Source: an uncultured Alphaproteobacteria bacterium (GTDB lineage Bacteria; Pseudomonadota; Alphaproteobacteria; ATCC43930; CGMCC-115725). From it: 64,000 nucleotides of DNA. Where the stretch lies: contig CAVTDT010000011.1 of NCBI GenBank assembly GCA_963733525.1, positions 1,578 through 65,577 of the forward strand, read 5' to 3'. Made by a program: the position numbers and the translations under genes. Positions 1-11,552 of this stretch are shown here, piece after piece; within the stretch, counting starts at the first letter, position 1, and each line of letters begins with the position of its first letter. The notes under the pieces are model-generated. The model was not told where the DNA came from. It worked only from the letters and a program-made list of their open reading frames with translations, and searched no databases.

Positions 1-545
1 GCCTCGTCCAATGCCACGGCGTCGGTGGAATACGCGAAGCGGTCCGAAGCGGAACCCCAGGGTCTGGCTGAAGCCATGCTCCTGCACGAAGGACGTCACG
101 GGAATGCCGGCGGCCTCGAAGGCACCCTCGACCGCATGTGGTGTCAGCGAGGGCTTGTAGAAGGCGGTGCCTGCGGCCGGATTTGGCGACCGGAAGATAT
201 AGGCGAAGCGCGTCATGGAGCTCCGCCAGCGTCGCCGCCGAGGCATAGATCGGCAGCGGCCCGCTGCATGGACCGATTGAGCGCGCGGACCTCGTCGATG
301 CCGTGGCAATGATCGGCATGGGCATGGGTGAAGAGCATGGCGTCGAGCCGGTCGACGCCGGCATCCAGCAGCTGCATCCGCAGGTCTGGCGAGGCATCGA
401 CCAGCACAGTGACGCCGCGGTCCTGCACCAGGATCGAGACGCGCCGGCGCCGGTTGCGGGGATTGGCGGGGTCGCAGTCGCCCCAGTCGTTGCCGATATA
501 GCGGCACGCCGCCGGACGGCCGCAGCCCAGGATCGTCACCCTCAT
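1..545 (-). pseudogene. MBL-fold metallo-hydrolase (PhnP-like), left copy; the 3' end lies outside the window and the gene is frameshifted near 265
   Basis: ORF 213..557 matches the right copy through HAHADHCHGIDEVRALNRSMQRA and then diverges. Residues 10-17 also look like a compensated double shift. Confidence 0.75.
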
Positions 546-1332
546 CGCCGAGGGCATCCCGGCCTTGGCGAACAGCCGATGAGAAATTCGCCGTCGTCGT
601 CTCGGCTAGCTCCCTGACGGTACAGCCCTTTATGCGGGCAACCTCGGCTGCGGTATGAACGATGAAGGCGGGCTCGTTGGGCTTGCCGCGCAGCGGCACC
701 GGCGCCAGGTAGGGCGCGTCGGTCTCGACCAGAATACGGTCCAGCGGCAGGTCGCGGACGATCGCCGCAGCGGCTCGCGCATTCTTGAAGGTGACGATGC
801 CCGAGAGCGAGATATAGAAGCCGATTTCGAGCGCTCTTTCGGCAAGCTCCCGGCCGGTGCTGAAGCAATGGATGACGCCGGTGAGCGGACCTTTCGCAGC
901 TCTTCCTCGAAGCATGCGCGATGGTCTCGGGGTCGGCGTCGCGGGTGTGGACGATGAGCGGCAGGCCGGTCGCCCGCGCCGCCGCGATATGGGCGCGGAA
1001 ACCTCCGCCTGCCGGTCGCGCGGGCTGTGCTCGTAATAGAAGTCGAGACCGGTCTCGCCGATGCCGACGACCTTGGGATGGCGTGCAAGCTCGGCGAGCG
1101 TGCGCCGCCGCGGTATCCGGCTCGGCCGCCGCCTCATGCGGATGGATGCCGACCGAGCACCAGACATCGGGATCGCTCTCGGCGATCGACGCGCACCGTC
1201 GGGAATTCCGTGATCTTGGTGCAGATGGTCAGCATCGTCCCCACCCCCGCCCGCCCGCGCGCGCGCGATGACCGCCGTCGCGCTCGGGCCCGGCGGCGAG
1301 GAAGTCGAGATGGCAGTGACTGTCGACGAGCA

Positions 1333-1333
<1 letters not shown>
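543..1333 (-). pseudogene. tatD: TatD-family hydrolase, left copy, with multiple frameshifts
   Basis: MLVDSHCHLDFLAAGPERD starts at 1333 and the frame is then lost. Homology to the right copy reappears in other frames (for example GVIHCFSTGRELAE, LVETDAPYLAPVPLRGKPNEP). Confidence 0.8.
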
Positions 1334-2904
<1,571 letters not shown>

Positions 2905-2935
2905 CAGGGCTCCTGCTGCACGCCCGCGCGTTCAG

Positions 2936-4059
2936 TCAGCGCGCGGCCTCTTCGAGCGCGAAAAAGGCGTTCAACACGACCTGCTTGCGGTCGAGGTTGA
3001 CGGCGTCCGCCTGGGCAAAGAGGTGGGTGATCTTTTCCCATACCTCCACCCAGCGATCAAGGCCACGGCGGCTCAGCAGCGTGACGAGCGGCGCCTCGGT
3101 GCCCGGCCGCGTTCCGGCCGCCGCCGCCGCGATGGCGCGGGCGAGCGTTGCCGGCATCAGCTCGGTAAAGACACGGTAACCATCGTCGTTGCCCCAGCGC
3201 GCGACCTTGTCGGCAAACGCGTGGAGCGCCACGCCATCGAGATCGGGGAGCGCGCCCAGAAGCTCCACCAGCTTGCGGTGGAGTGCCACGCCACCCTCTT
3301 CCGCCAGCTCGAGGGCACGGCCGATGCTGCCCTCGGCAAGATCGGTAAGGGCATCGCGATCCCGCTGCGAGAGATCCGGGCGATAGCGGGCGACGAGATC
3401 GGCGACCGTCGCCTCCGGCAGCGGCCGGAGCGCCAGGCGCCGGCAGCGCGAGCGGATGGTCGGCAGCAGCCGGCCGGGATTGTCGCTGACGAGAAGCAGG
3501 ATCGCCCGCGCCGGCGGTTCCTCCAGGATCTTCAGGAGTGCATTGGCGGCGTTGCGGTTCATCTCGTCGGCGGTGTCGACGACGACGATGCGCCAGCCGC
3601 CTTCGGCCGGCGTCAGGCGCAGGAAGGCGCCGATGGCCCGGATATCGTCGACCACGATCTCAGTGCGAGCGCGCTTGCGCTTGGGATCGATGCCGCGCTC
3701 GACGGTGAGGAGGTCGGCGTGGCCAGCGCTGGCGACGCGACGGAATACGGGATGCTCCGGCGCGACCGCGAGCGAGGTCGGCGTCGCCGGCGCGAAGAGC
3801 CCGCCCGTCCCCTGCTCCGCCGCCTGGGTCAGCAGGAACCGCGCGAAGCGAAAGGCGAGCGTTGCCTTGCCGATGCCGTGCGGCCCGGTGATCAGGAGCC
3901 ATGGGGCAGCCGGTTCGCCTGAAAGGCCTGCAGCAGCGTCACTTCGGCGGCCTCGTGACCGATGAGCGCGGTCTGCTCGCGCGGCGCCGGGACCACCACC
4001 TCGGAGTCGTCGCCGCTGTCCTCGTCCGCGCCGTCGAAATCGTCGTCAGTGTCCGCCAT
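2936..4059 (-). pseudogene. holB: DNA polymerase III delta-prime subunit, left copy, with a 1-bp deletion near 3900
   Basis: MADTDDDFDGADEDSGDDSE...NRLPH is followed by a stop. LLITGPHGIGKATLAFRF onward is in another frame that continues into ORF 2936..3655. Confidence 0.8.
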
Positions 4060-4720
4060 GGCGGCAGTCTGCAGCTTCGGCGCTCAGAGCGCGACCCCCA
4101 AGCCGCGCGTGGACCGCGGCTCGAATCGCAGTCTGCACCGCGGCCACGTCGCCGGTCGCATCGATGACGACGCAGCGCTGCGGCTCGGACTGGGCGATCT
4201 CCAGGAAACCCTGGCGCAGTCGCTCGTGGAATTCCGGGTCCATGCGCTCGAAGCGGGTCTCCGCGCCAGGCCGCGTTGCAGCCCTGGAAAGTCCAATCTC
4301 GACAGGCAGATCGAGGATGAGGGTCAGGTCAGGTTTGAAGTCGCCGGCGATCAGGTGGTGCAGAGCTTTGAGCGCGTCCTGGGGCAGGCCGCGGCCGTAG
4401 CCCTGATAGGCGATGGTGGAATCCGCGAAGCGGTCGGAGACCACCCACTCGCCGCGCTCGAGCGCCGGCCAGATGGTCTCCACCAGGTGGACGCGGCGCG
4501 CCGCCACCATCAGCAACGCCTCCGCCTCGGCGTCCCAGCGCTGCGGCAGGCCCTCCACCAGAAGCTTGCGGATTTCCTCGGCGCCCGGCGCGCCGCCCGG
4601 CTCGCGGGTGCGGAGCGACCGGAGGCCGGCCTTGCGCAGACCGTCGACCAGCAAGCCTGCCTGGGTCGATTTGCCGGCGCCCTCGCCGCCCTCGAGCGTG
4701 ATGAAGCGCCCGCGCGTCAG
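4046..4720 (-). CDS. tmk: Thymidylate kinase, left copy; essentially full length, with only the last few codons shifted and extended
   Basis: The P-loop FITLEGGEGAGKST lies upstream of the first ATG/GTG/TTG. The only in-frame start candidate is CTG at 4718-4720, which overlaps the carboxypeptidase stop. The body matches Tmk through RAAVHAR. Confidence 0.7.
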   Translation of the reverse strand: MTRGRFITLEGGEGAGKSTQAGLLVDGLRKAGLRSLRTREPGGAPGAEEIRKLLVEGLPQRWDAEAEALLMVAARRVHLVETIWPALERGEWVVSDRFADSTIAYQGYGRGLPQDALKALHHLIAGDFKPDLTLILDLPVEIGLSRAATRPGAETRFERMDPEFHERLRQGFLEIAQSEPQRCVVIDATGDVAAVQTAIRAAVHARLGGRALSAEAADCRHGGH

Positions 4721-5930
4721 CGGCGGCCCCAGACGAGGTAGCCGGCCGCCACCGCGATGCGGCCCATGGGCCCGAGCTTGTCCACCGGCTGCGCGGCCAC
4801 AAGAGGCACCGTCACCGGGTCGACGCCGTCGGCGGTGATCGTGAGCTTGCCGACCGGCTCGCCCTTGGTGACCGGAGCGTGGACCGGGCCGTCATAGTGC
4901 ACGGTCGCCTTCATGCTGCGCCGAGAGCCTTTGGCAGCGTCACCACCACGTCCCGCTGCGCCATCACCGGCACTTTGGCCGCCTGGCCGAGCCAGACATC
5001 GGCCTGATCCAGCGTCTCGCCCGCCTTTACCAGCTTGTAGTCGTTGAACTCGCGGAATGCCCATTCGAGCAGCCGCTCGCCCTCGGTGCCGCGGGATTTC
5101 ATCGTCGGCAAGCCCGCCAGCACCATGATGATGCGCCGCCCGTCGCGCATCGCCGAGGCGGTCAGGCAGTAACCCGCTTCCTCGGTGTGGCCGGTCTTCA
5201 TGCCGTCGACGCCGAGATCCTTGTAGAGCAGCGGATTGCGGTTGCCCTGCTTGATGCCGTTGTAGGTGAAATCCTTCTCGGAATCGTAATGGTAGTACTC
5301 CGGGAAGTCGGCAATGAGATGGCGCGCCAGCGTCGCGAGATCGCGCGCCGTCATGTACTCGTTGGGATCGGGCAGCCCGTCGACGTTGGCGAAGTGGCTG
5401 TCCTTGAGGCCGAGCTCCTTCGCCTTCTCGTTCATCATATCGACGAAGGCGTCCTCGCTGCCGGCGAGGCCTTCCGCCAGCACGATGCAGGCGTCGTTGC
5501 CGGACTGGACGATCATGCCGCGGATGAGATCCTCGACCTTCACGCGGCCGCCGAGCGGCACGAACATCTTTGAACCCTGAGTGCGCCAGGCCTTCTCGCT
5601 CACCGGCAGCATGTCGTCGAGGGAAAGCTTTCCCTTCTTGAGCGCGTCGTAGACCAGATAGGCCGTCATGATCTTGCTCATGGAGGCGGGCGCCATCCGC
5701 TCGTCGGCGCCCTTGTCGAGCATGACGGCGCCGGTCTCGTAATCCAGGATGAGGGCGTTGCGCGCCTGGGTATCGATGCCCGTCGCGGCCCGCACGGAGA
5801 CCGTTGGCAGCAGCAACGCACTCGCCGCGATCAGCGCGAAAACCAGCCGGTATGCTGAGATCATCACACTCGCCCTCCCATATCCGCCGATGCGACGGCG
5901 GCGGCGCCATGCCGGCGCCATTGAACTCAC
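4717..5930 (-). pseudogene. D-alanyl-D-alanine carboxypeptidase (PBP5/6, S11 family), left copy, with a 1-bp deletion near 4927
   Basis: ORF 4911..5930 stops at TLPKALGAA. The last ~60 aa (SRRSMKATVHYDG...YLVWGRR) continue in the frame of ORF 4717..5910. The motifs SMSKIMT, SGND and KTGHT are present. Confidence 0.8.
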
Positions 5931-6000
5931 CTGATTGGCCAGTATAGCGCAGGGATGATCAACGGCGGGATTACCATCGTCTGCAAGGGCGCGACTCCGG

Positions 6001-6959
6001 TCAGTCGACGACGATCCGGGCGTCGCTGAAGCCGGTCGCCAGGACCTTGGCGAGGAGGCGGTCCGCCTCCTCCACGTTCATCACCGGTCCGAGCCGCACG
6101 CGGTAGAGGCTGGCGCCGTTGACCCGCACGCTGGTGATCTGCACGGCACCCAGCGCGTCGATGCGCTGCTTCACGCGCCGGGCGTTATCCGATTGCGCGA
6201 AGGCGCCGGCCTGGATGTAGATCTGTGCGTTGGGCTTGGCGGTGCCGATCGTGACCTTCTCCGTCAGCGGCGGATCGGCGATCTGCGCCGGCATGGGCGG
6301 CGCGGCGGCGACCTGCAGCGGCGGGCTGCCCTGATCCGGCGCCGCCCGGCTGCCGGCCAGCGGCTTCAGATTCTGGGCATCGACGGGAGTGCGCGGCGCT
6401 GCCTGCGCCAGCTCAACCGGTCCCGGCGTTTCCTCGCCGTTGTGGCGCGCGATCGCCTGCGCCTGCAGCGTCTCGGCGGTGAGAACGCGGACATGCACCT
6501 TGGCGGTGCCTGGCGCTCGAATCCCAGCAGCTGTGCCGCGCGCCGCGAGACATCGATGATGCGTCCGCGCGCGAAGGGACCGCGGTCGTTGACGCGCAGC
6601 TCGATCGAGCGGCCGTTCTCGAGGTTGGTCACCTCGACGATGCTGGGCAGCGGCAGCGTATGATGGGCGGCGGTGAGGGCGTTCAGATCGAACACCTCGC
6701 CGTTGGCGGTGTACTTGCCGTGGAAGGCCTCGCCGTACCACGAGGCGATGCCGGTCTCGTCGTAGCTGAGATCGATGTGCGGGTAGTACCAAACGCCGTC
6801 GACCTGATAAGGCTTGCCGACTTTGTAGATGCCGAGCCCCAGGCCCGGCGCGGCGCCGGTCGAGATCGGCTCTCTCTCGCCGCCGAAGAAGGAGCAGGCC
6901 GCCAATAGCGACACCGCCGCCAGAGCGGCGGTGTCGCGGAATTGAAAAAAGAGCGTCAC
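6001..6959 (-). pseudogene. rlpA: Septal-ring lytic transglycosylase RlpA-like lipoprotein (DPBB + SPOR), left copy, with a 1-bp deletion near 6510
   Basis: The N-terminus is in ORF 6366..6959 up to LLGFERQ. The C-terminus ([10 protein letters not shown]...DARIVVD) is in ORF 6001..6792. A ggg in the right copy is gg here. Confidence 0.8.
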
Positions 6960-7010
6960 GATCTTGTAGTTCCCGGTTCGCCGTCGCCTATTAGTGGTGA
7001 AACCTTACCG

Positions 7011-8003
7011 TCATTCCAGAGCGTCGGCAAGATAGCCCACCGCGGCGGCGAAATAGCTGGAGTTGTTCCAACGCAGGATCGCACGGAAATTGTCATAGAT
7101 CAGTAAAGCCGGACCGTCGGTGCCGGCGGGCAGGATCACGGACGCGTCGCGCGCCGCCGGCGGCAGGTCGCCGCCGCCGGTCTGCCGCACGCCGAGCCGC
7201 TGCCATTCGGCGATCGGCTTGCGGATGTCCTTGCCGGCGAGGCTGACGTCGAAATTCTTCGGCAGCTGGACGCGCCGTCCCCAGGCCTCGTCGCCGTGCC
7301 AGCCGAGGCGCGCCAGATAATTGGCGATCGAGGCGAAGACGTCCTCGCGGCGGTGCCAGATGTCGCGCCGGCCGTCGTTGCTGTAGCTCACGGCGTACTG
7401 CAGATAGCTCGACGGCATGAACTGGCTCTGCCCCATGGCGCCGGCCCAGGAGCCGGTCATCTCCTCGGGCTTGATGTAGCCCTGGTCGACGATCTTGATG
7501 GCGGCGATCAGCTCGCGGCGGAAGAACGCGCTGCGCCTTCCGTCATAGGCCAGCGTCGCCAGCGCGGAGATGATGGGAAAATCTCCGGTGACGCGGCCGA
7601 AATCCGTCTCGATGCCCCAGAGCGCCACGATGTAGCGGGGCTGCACGCCGTAGCGGCGTCCGATCTCGTCGAGCAGCGGACGGTTCTCCGCCAGACGATC
7701 GCGCCCATTCTTGATCCGTCCTTGCGATACGACGCGCTCGATGTACTGATCGAAGGTGAGCGTCAACTCCGGCTGACGCTGGTCGAGCTCCAGCACGCGA
7801 TCGATCGGATGCACGTCCCTGAGCGCGCGGTCGACCGATTGCGGCCGCAACCCTTGCGCGATCGCTTCCTGGCGGACGCCCGCCAGCCAGGACTTGAAAT
7901 CCTTGTCGGCAGCGGATGCCGGCGTCGCCATGACGAGCGCCGAGAACAGCAGCAGCAAACTCACGCCGAGGCACCGAAGCGCCTTACTCGAACCGTTGCG
8001 CAC
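7011..8003 (-). CDS. Lytic murein transglycosylase (MltB/SLT_2-like), left copy, intact
   Basis: 330-aa ORF with a signal peptide. It differs from the right copy at 5 of 330 residues. Confidence 0.85.
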   Translation of the reverse strand: MRNGSSKALRCLGVSLLLLFSALVMATPASAADKDFKSWLAGVRQEAIAQGLRPQSVDRALRDVHPIDRVLELDQRQPELTLTFDQYIERVVSQGRIKNGRDRLAENRPLLDEIGRRYGVQPRYIVALWGIETDFGRVTGDFPIISALATLAYDGRRSAFFRRELIAAIKIVDQGYIKPEEMTGSWAGAMGQSQFMPSSYLQYAVSYSNDGRRDIWHRREDVFASIANYLARLGWHGDEAWGRRVQLPKNFDVSLAGKDIRKPIAEWQRLGVRQTGGGDLPPAARDASVILPAGTDGPALLIYDNFRAILRWNNSSYFAAAVGYLADALE

Positions 8004-8107
8004 TCCTCGAACTCCGTTGCCCGCGCGGGGACCGAATCCCGCGCGGCACTCTCATCGCACGGGTCGCGGCCCCAACGCAACGAGGCCGGCGCCGCACGCG
8101 ATGGCGT

Positions 8108-9268
8108 TCAGCCGAGTCGACCTTCCAGCGCCTGGTGGTAGAGCTTGCGCACGGAGGCGGCGTCGAGGGGCACCGGGTTGGTGGGCGCGGTCGGATCGAC
8201 CACGAAGTCGGCGACGAGCGTATCGAGCTTGCTGTCATCGACCTTGAGCTCGGCGAGGGTATTGGGGATGCCGAGCACGCGTCGAAGCTCCAGCACCCAA
8301 TCGAGCACGCCGTCGAAGTTCGGCTTCGCAAGGCCGAGGAAGCGCCCGAGATGGGTCATCTTGTCGGCGATGGCGGACCGGTTGAACACCAGCACGTAGG
8401 GCATGAAGACGGCGTTCAGCAGCCCATGATGCAGGTCGTAGTGCGCGCCGACGGGATGCGAGAGCGAGTGGATGGCGCCGAGGCCCTTCTGGAACGCCGT
8501 CGCGCCCAGGGTTGCCGCCGCCATCATATGGCCGCGCGCGTCGATGTTCTTGCCGTCGCGGGTCGCGACCGGCAACCATTCCCTGATGAGCCGCATGCCT
8601 TCGAGCGCGACGCCGTCGGCGATCGGATGATAGACGGGGACGCAATAGGCCTCGAAGGCGTGCGCCAGCGCATCCATGCCCGTGGCGGCGGTGATGTGCG
8701 GGGGCAATCCCACCGTGAGCTCGGGATCCTCGATCACCGTCACCGGCATGATGCGGGGATGGAAGATCAGACGCTTCTTATGTTTGACCTCATCGCCCAC
8801 CACCGAGACGCGGCCGACCTCGGAGCCGGTGCCGGAGGTGGTCGGCACCGCGACAGTGGACGCGATGCCCGCCGGATCCGCCCGCGTCCAATTGTCGCCG
8901 ACATCCTCGAAATCCCACATGTGACGCTTCTGGCCGGAGAGGAAGGCGATCACCTTGCCGGCATCGAGCGCGCTGCCGCCGCCAAACGCGATGACTCCGT
9001 CGTGCTTGCCGTCACGGTAGGTCTTCAGCCCGTCCTCGATATTCTTCTCGACCGGATTGGGCTTGATGCCGCTGAAGACCGCGGTCGGCAGCCCCGCCGC
9101 CTCATTGGCGCCGACCGCGCTCGCCACCATCGGGAGCTTCGCCAGGCCGGGATCGGTCACCAGCAGTGGCCGCTTGATGCCAGCGCCTTTGAGTATCGCC
9201 GGCAGCTCGCGGATGCGGCCGGGGCCGAACTTCACCGCTGTCGGGTAGTTCCAATTGCCTTGGAGCAT
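8108..9268 (-). CDS. Iron-containing alcohol dehydrogenase, left copy, intact
   Basis: 386-aa ORF with GGGSALDAGK and the histidine-rich metal-site region. It differs from the right copy at 20 of 386 residues and there are no indels. Confidence 0.9.
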   Translation of the reverse strand: MLQGNWNYPTAVKFGPGRIRELPAILKGAGIKRPLLVTDPGLAKLPMVASAVGANEAAGLPTAVFSGIKPNPVEKNIEDGLKTYRDGKHDGVIAFGGGSALDAGKVIAFLSGQKRHMWDFEDVGDNWTRADPAGIASTVAVPTTSGTGSEVGRVSVVGDEVKHKKRLIFHPRIMPVTVIEDPELTVGLPPHITAATGMDALAHAFEAYCVPVYHPIADGVALEGMRLIREWLPVATRDGKNIDARGHMMAAATLGATAFQKGLGAIHSLSHPVGAHYDLHHGLLNAVFMPYVLVFNRSAIADKMTHLGRFLGLAKPNFDGVLDWVLELRRVLGIPNTLAELKVDDSKLDTLVADFVVDPTAPTNPVPLDAASVRKLYHQALEGRLG

Positions 9269-9279
9269 GCTGAGAACTT

Positions 9280-10671
9280 TCAGGTCTGAAGACGCAGGTG
9301 AAACGATTTCGGCCGCGTCAGGTGCTGGTAGCCCAGCACCGAGAGCGAGACGCCGCGGCCGGAGTGCTTGACGCCGGTCCAGGCGAGCGCGGGATCGAGA
9401 TAGTCGCAGCGGTTCATGAAGCAGGTGCCGGTGGCAATCCGGTCGCCGATGCGGATCGCGGCCTCGGGATCGCCGGTCCAGATCGCCGCGGTGAGCCCGT
9501 AGGGGCTGTCGTTCATGAGCTGGACAGCCTCGTCGTCGGAGCCGACCTTCATGATGCCGAGGACCGGTCCGAAGCTTTCCTCGGTCATCACGCGCATCGC
9601 GTGGTTGACGTTCACCAGGATCTGCGGCGCGAGATAGGGCGTGCCCTCGCGGTTCGCCGGAAACTCCTTGGCGTCGAGGAGGGCGCGGGCCCCCTGCCCG
9701 ATCGCTTCCTTGATCTGGCCGCGGACGAAATCGGCGGCGCTTGCGCGCACCATCGGCCCCAGCGTCGTCTCGGACTTCATGGGATCGCCCAGCACGTATT
9801 TCCGCGTCAGCGCGGCGGCGCCTTCGACGAAGCGGTCGTAGACTTTGGCATCGACATAGATGCGCTCGATGCCACAGCAGGATTGCCCGGAGTTGAAGAA
9901 GGCGCCGTCCACCAGGTTCTCGATGGCGTGGTCGAGATTGGCATCGGCGCGGACGTAGCCGGGATCCTTGCCGCCGAGCTCGAGCCCGACGCCGATGAAG
10001 CGTCCGGCCGCCGCCCGCTCCACCGCCTCGCCGCCGGGCACCGAGCCGGTGAAGGCGACGTAGTCGATTTCAGGGCTCTCGATCAGCCGCGCCGTCGCGT
10101 CGTGGCTCAGATGCAGGAACTGGAACAGCCCCGCTGGCACGCCCGCGCTCTCCGCGGCCTCGACCATGCGCTCGGCGCAGAGCGGCGTCTGATGCGAATG
10201 CTTGAGGATGACCGCGTTGCCCGCCATCAGCGCCGGCACGATGGCATTGACAGCCGTCAGCAGCGGATAATTCCAGGGCGCCACCACCAGCACCACACCC
10301 AAGGGCGTGGGGCGGATGAAGCGGCGGAAGTCCGGCTTCGCTCCGACATCGAGATCGGCGAGAGCTGCCGGTGCGGCCGCGATCATGTAGCGGGCGCGCT
10401 CCTCGAAGCCGCCGACCTCGTTCGGGGTATAGCGGATCGGGCGGCCCATTTGCAGGGTGATCTCGCGGCCGATATCGGCTTTGCGGCCAACGAAGGCGTC
10501 GACGAGACCTGTGATCTGCCGGGCGCGTTCCGCTACGCCGAGCGCTGCCCAGTCGCGCTGGGCCGAGCGTGCGCGCGCCACGGCGGCTGAGATCTCGCTC
10601 GCGCCGGCGAGCGGCCGCTCGACGTAGACGGAGCCGTCGATGGGGCTGATAGTCCTGAGGGTCGCGGTCAT
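9280..10671 (-). CDS. NAD-dependent aldehyde dehydrogenase, left copy, intact
   Basis: Start MTATLRTISPIDGS, in a TGATG overlap with the upstream GS-like stop. The motifs ELGGKDP and [10 protein letters not shown] are present; 463 aa. Confidence 0.85.
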   Translation of the reverse strand: MTATLRTISPIDGSVYVERPLAGASEISAAVARARSAQRDWAALGVAERARQITGLVDAFVGRKADIGREITLQMGRPIRYTPNEVGGFEERARYMIAAAPAALADLDVGAKPDFRRFIRPTPLGVVLVVAPWNYPLLTAVNAIVPALMAGNAVILKHSHQTPLCAERMVEAAESAGVPAGLFQFLHLSHDATARLIESPEIDYVAFTGSVPGGEAVERAAAGRFIGVGLELGGKDPGYVRADANLDHAIENLVDGAFFNSGQSCCGIERIYVDAKVYDRFVEGAAALTRKYVLGDPMKSETTLGPMVRASAADFVRGQIKEAIGQGARALLDAKEFPANREGTPYLAPQILVNVNHAMRVMTEESFGPVLGIMKVGSDDEAVQLMNDSPYGLTAAIWTGDPEAAIRIGDRIATGTCFMNRCDYLDPALAWTGVKHSGRGVSLSVLGYQHLTRPKSFHLRLQT

Positions 10672-11101
10672 CAGATGATCTCGAAATAACGGGCAAGCTC
10701 CCAGTCGGTGACGTGCTTGCGGAACTCGCGCTCTTCCCATTCGCGCGTCGCGGCGTAGTGGTCGACGAACTCGTCGCCGAAGAGCGCGCGCCCCGCCTTC
10801 GAGGCCTTGAGCCGCTGCGCCGCGTCCCAGAGCGTGGTCGGCAGCCCGAACTCAGGATTGGGCGGAAGCTCGTAGGCGTTTCCGGTGACGCGCTCGGTGG
10901 GCTCGATCTTGTTCTCGATGCCCCAGAGCCCGCTGCCGAGGGCCGCCGCGAGCGCGATATAGGGGTTCGCGTCGGCGGCGCCGATGCGGTACTCGATGCG
11001 CTGCGAGGCCGGCGAGCCCGGGATCACGCGCAGCGCCGTGGTCCGGTTCTCGACACCCCAGGTCGCCGTGGTCGGCGCCCAGTAGCCGGGGATCAGTCGC
11101 G
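10671..11101 (-). pseudogene. Glutamine-synthetase-family gene, C-terminal ~143 codons only (5'-truncated at the duplication centre), left copy
   Basis: Reads RLIPGYWAPTTATWGVENRTTALRVIPGSPASQRIEYR...ARYFEII. An in-frame TGA lies inside the spacer and no N-terminal two-thirds is present. Confidence 0.8.
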
Positions 11102-11120
11102 TCGACGGTCAATTCCTACT
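11102..11120. other. 19-nt non-palindromic spacer at the centre of the inverted duplication (tcgacggtcaattcctact)
   Basis: The arms pair up to 11101/11121 and the bases between them do not pair. The flanking 60 bp of each arm show about 6 mismatches in 59. Confidence 0.8.
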
Positions 11121-11552
11121 CGCGGCTGATCCCCGGCTATTGGGCGCCGACCACCGCGACCTGGGGCGTGGAGAACCGCACCATGCGCGCTGCGCGTGAT
11201 CCCGGGCTCGCCGGCCTCGCAGCGCATCGAGTACCGCATCGCCGCCGCCGACGCCAACCCCTATATCGCGCTCGCCGCGGCGCTCGGCAGCGGGCTCTGG
11301 GGCATCGAGAACAAGATCGAGCCCACCGAGCGCGTCACCGGCAACGCCTACGAGCTTCCGCCCAATCCCGAGTTCGGCCTGCCGACCACGCTCTGGGAAG
11401 CGGCGCAGCGGCTGAAGAAGTCGAAGGCGGCGCGCGAGCTCTTCGGCGACGAGTTCGTCGATCACTATGCCGCGACCCGCGAATGGGAAGAGCGCGAGTT
11501 CCGCAAGCACATCACCGATTGGGAGCTGGCCCGCTACTTCGAGATCATCTGA
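11121..11552 (+). pseudogene. Glutamine-synthetase-family gene, C-terminal fragment, right copy; 5'-truncated with an extra base near 11183
   Basis: Mirror of 10671-11101. ORF 11196..11552 differs from the left fragment at 6 of 118 residues. Confidence 0.8.

Noticed and set aside
11041-11180. The palindrome centre could be a covalently closed hairpin telomere of a linear replicon, as on the Agrobacterium linear chromosome, read through by the sequencer.
   Set aside because: The two sides of a hairpin telomere are complementary strands of one duplex and must be identical. Here the arms differ by about 10% right at the centre and by 2-6% along their length, and there are arm-specific 90-140-bp segments.
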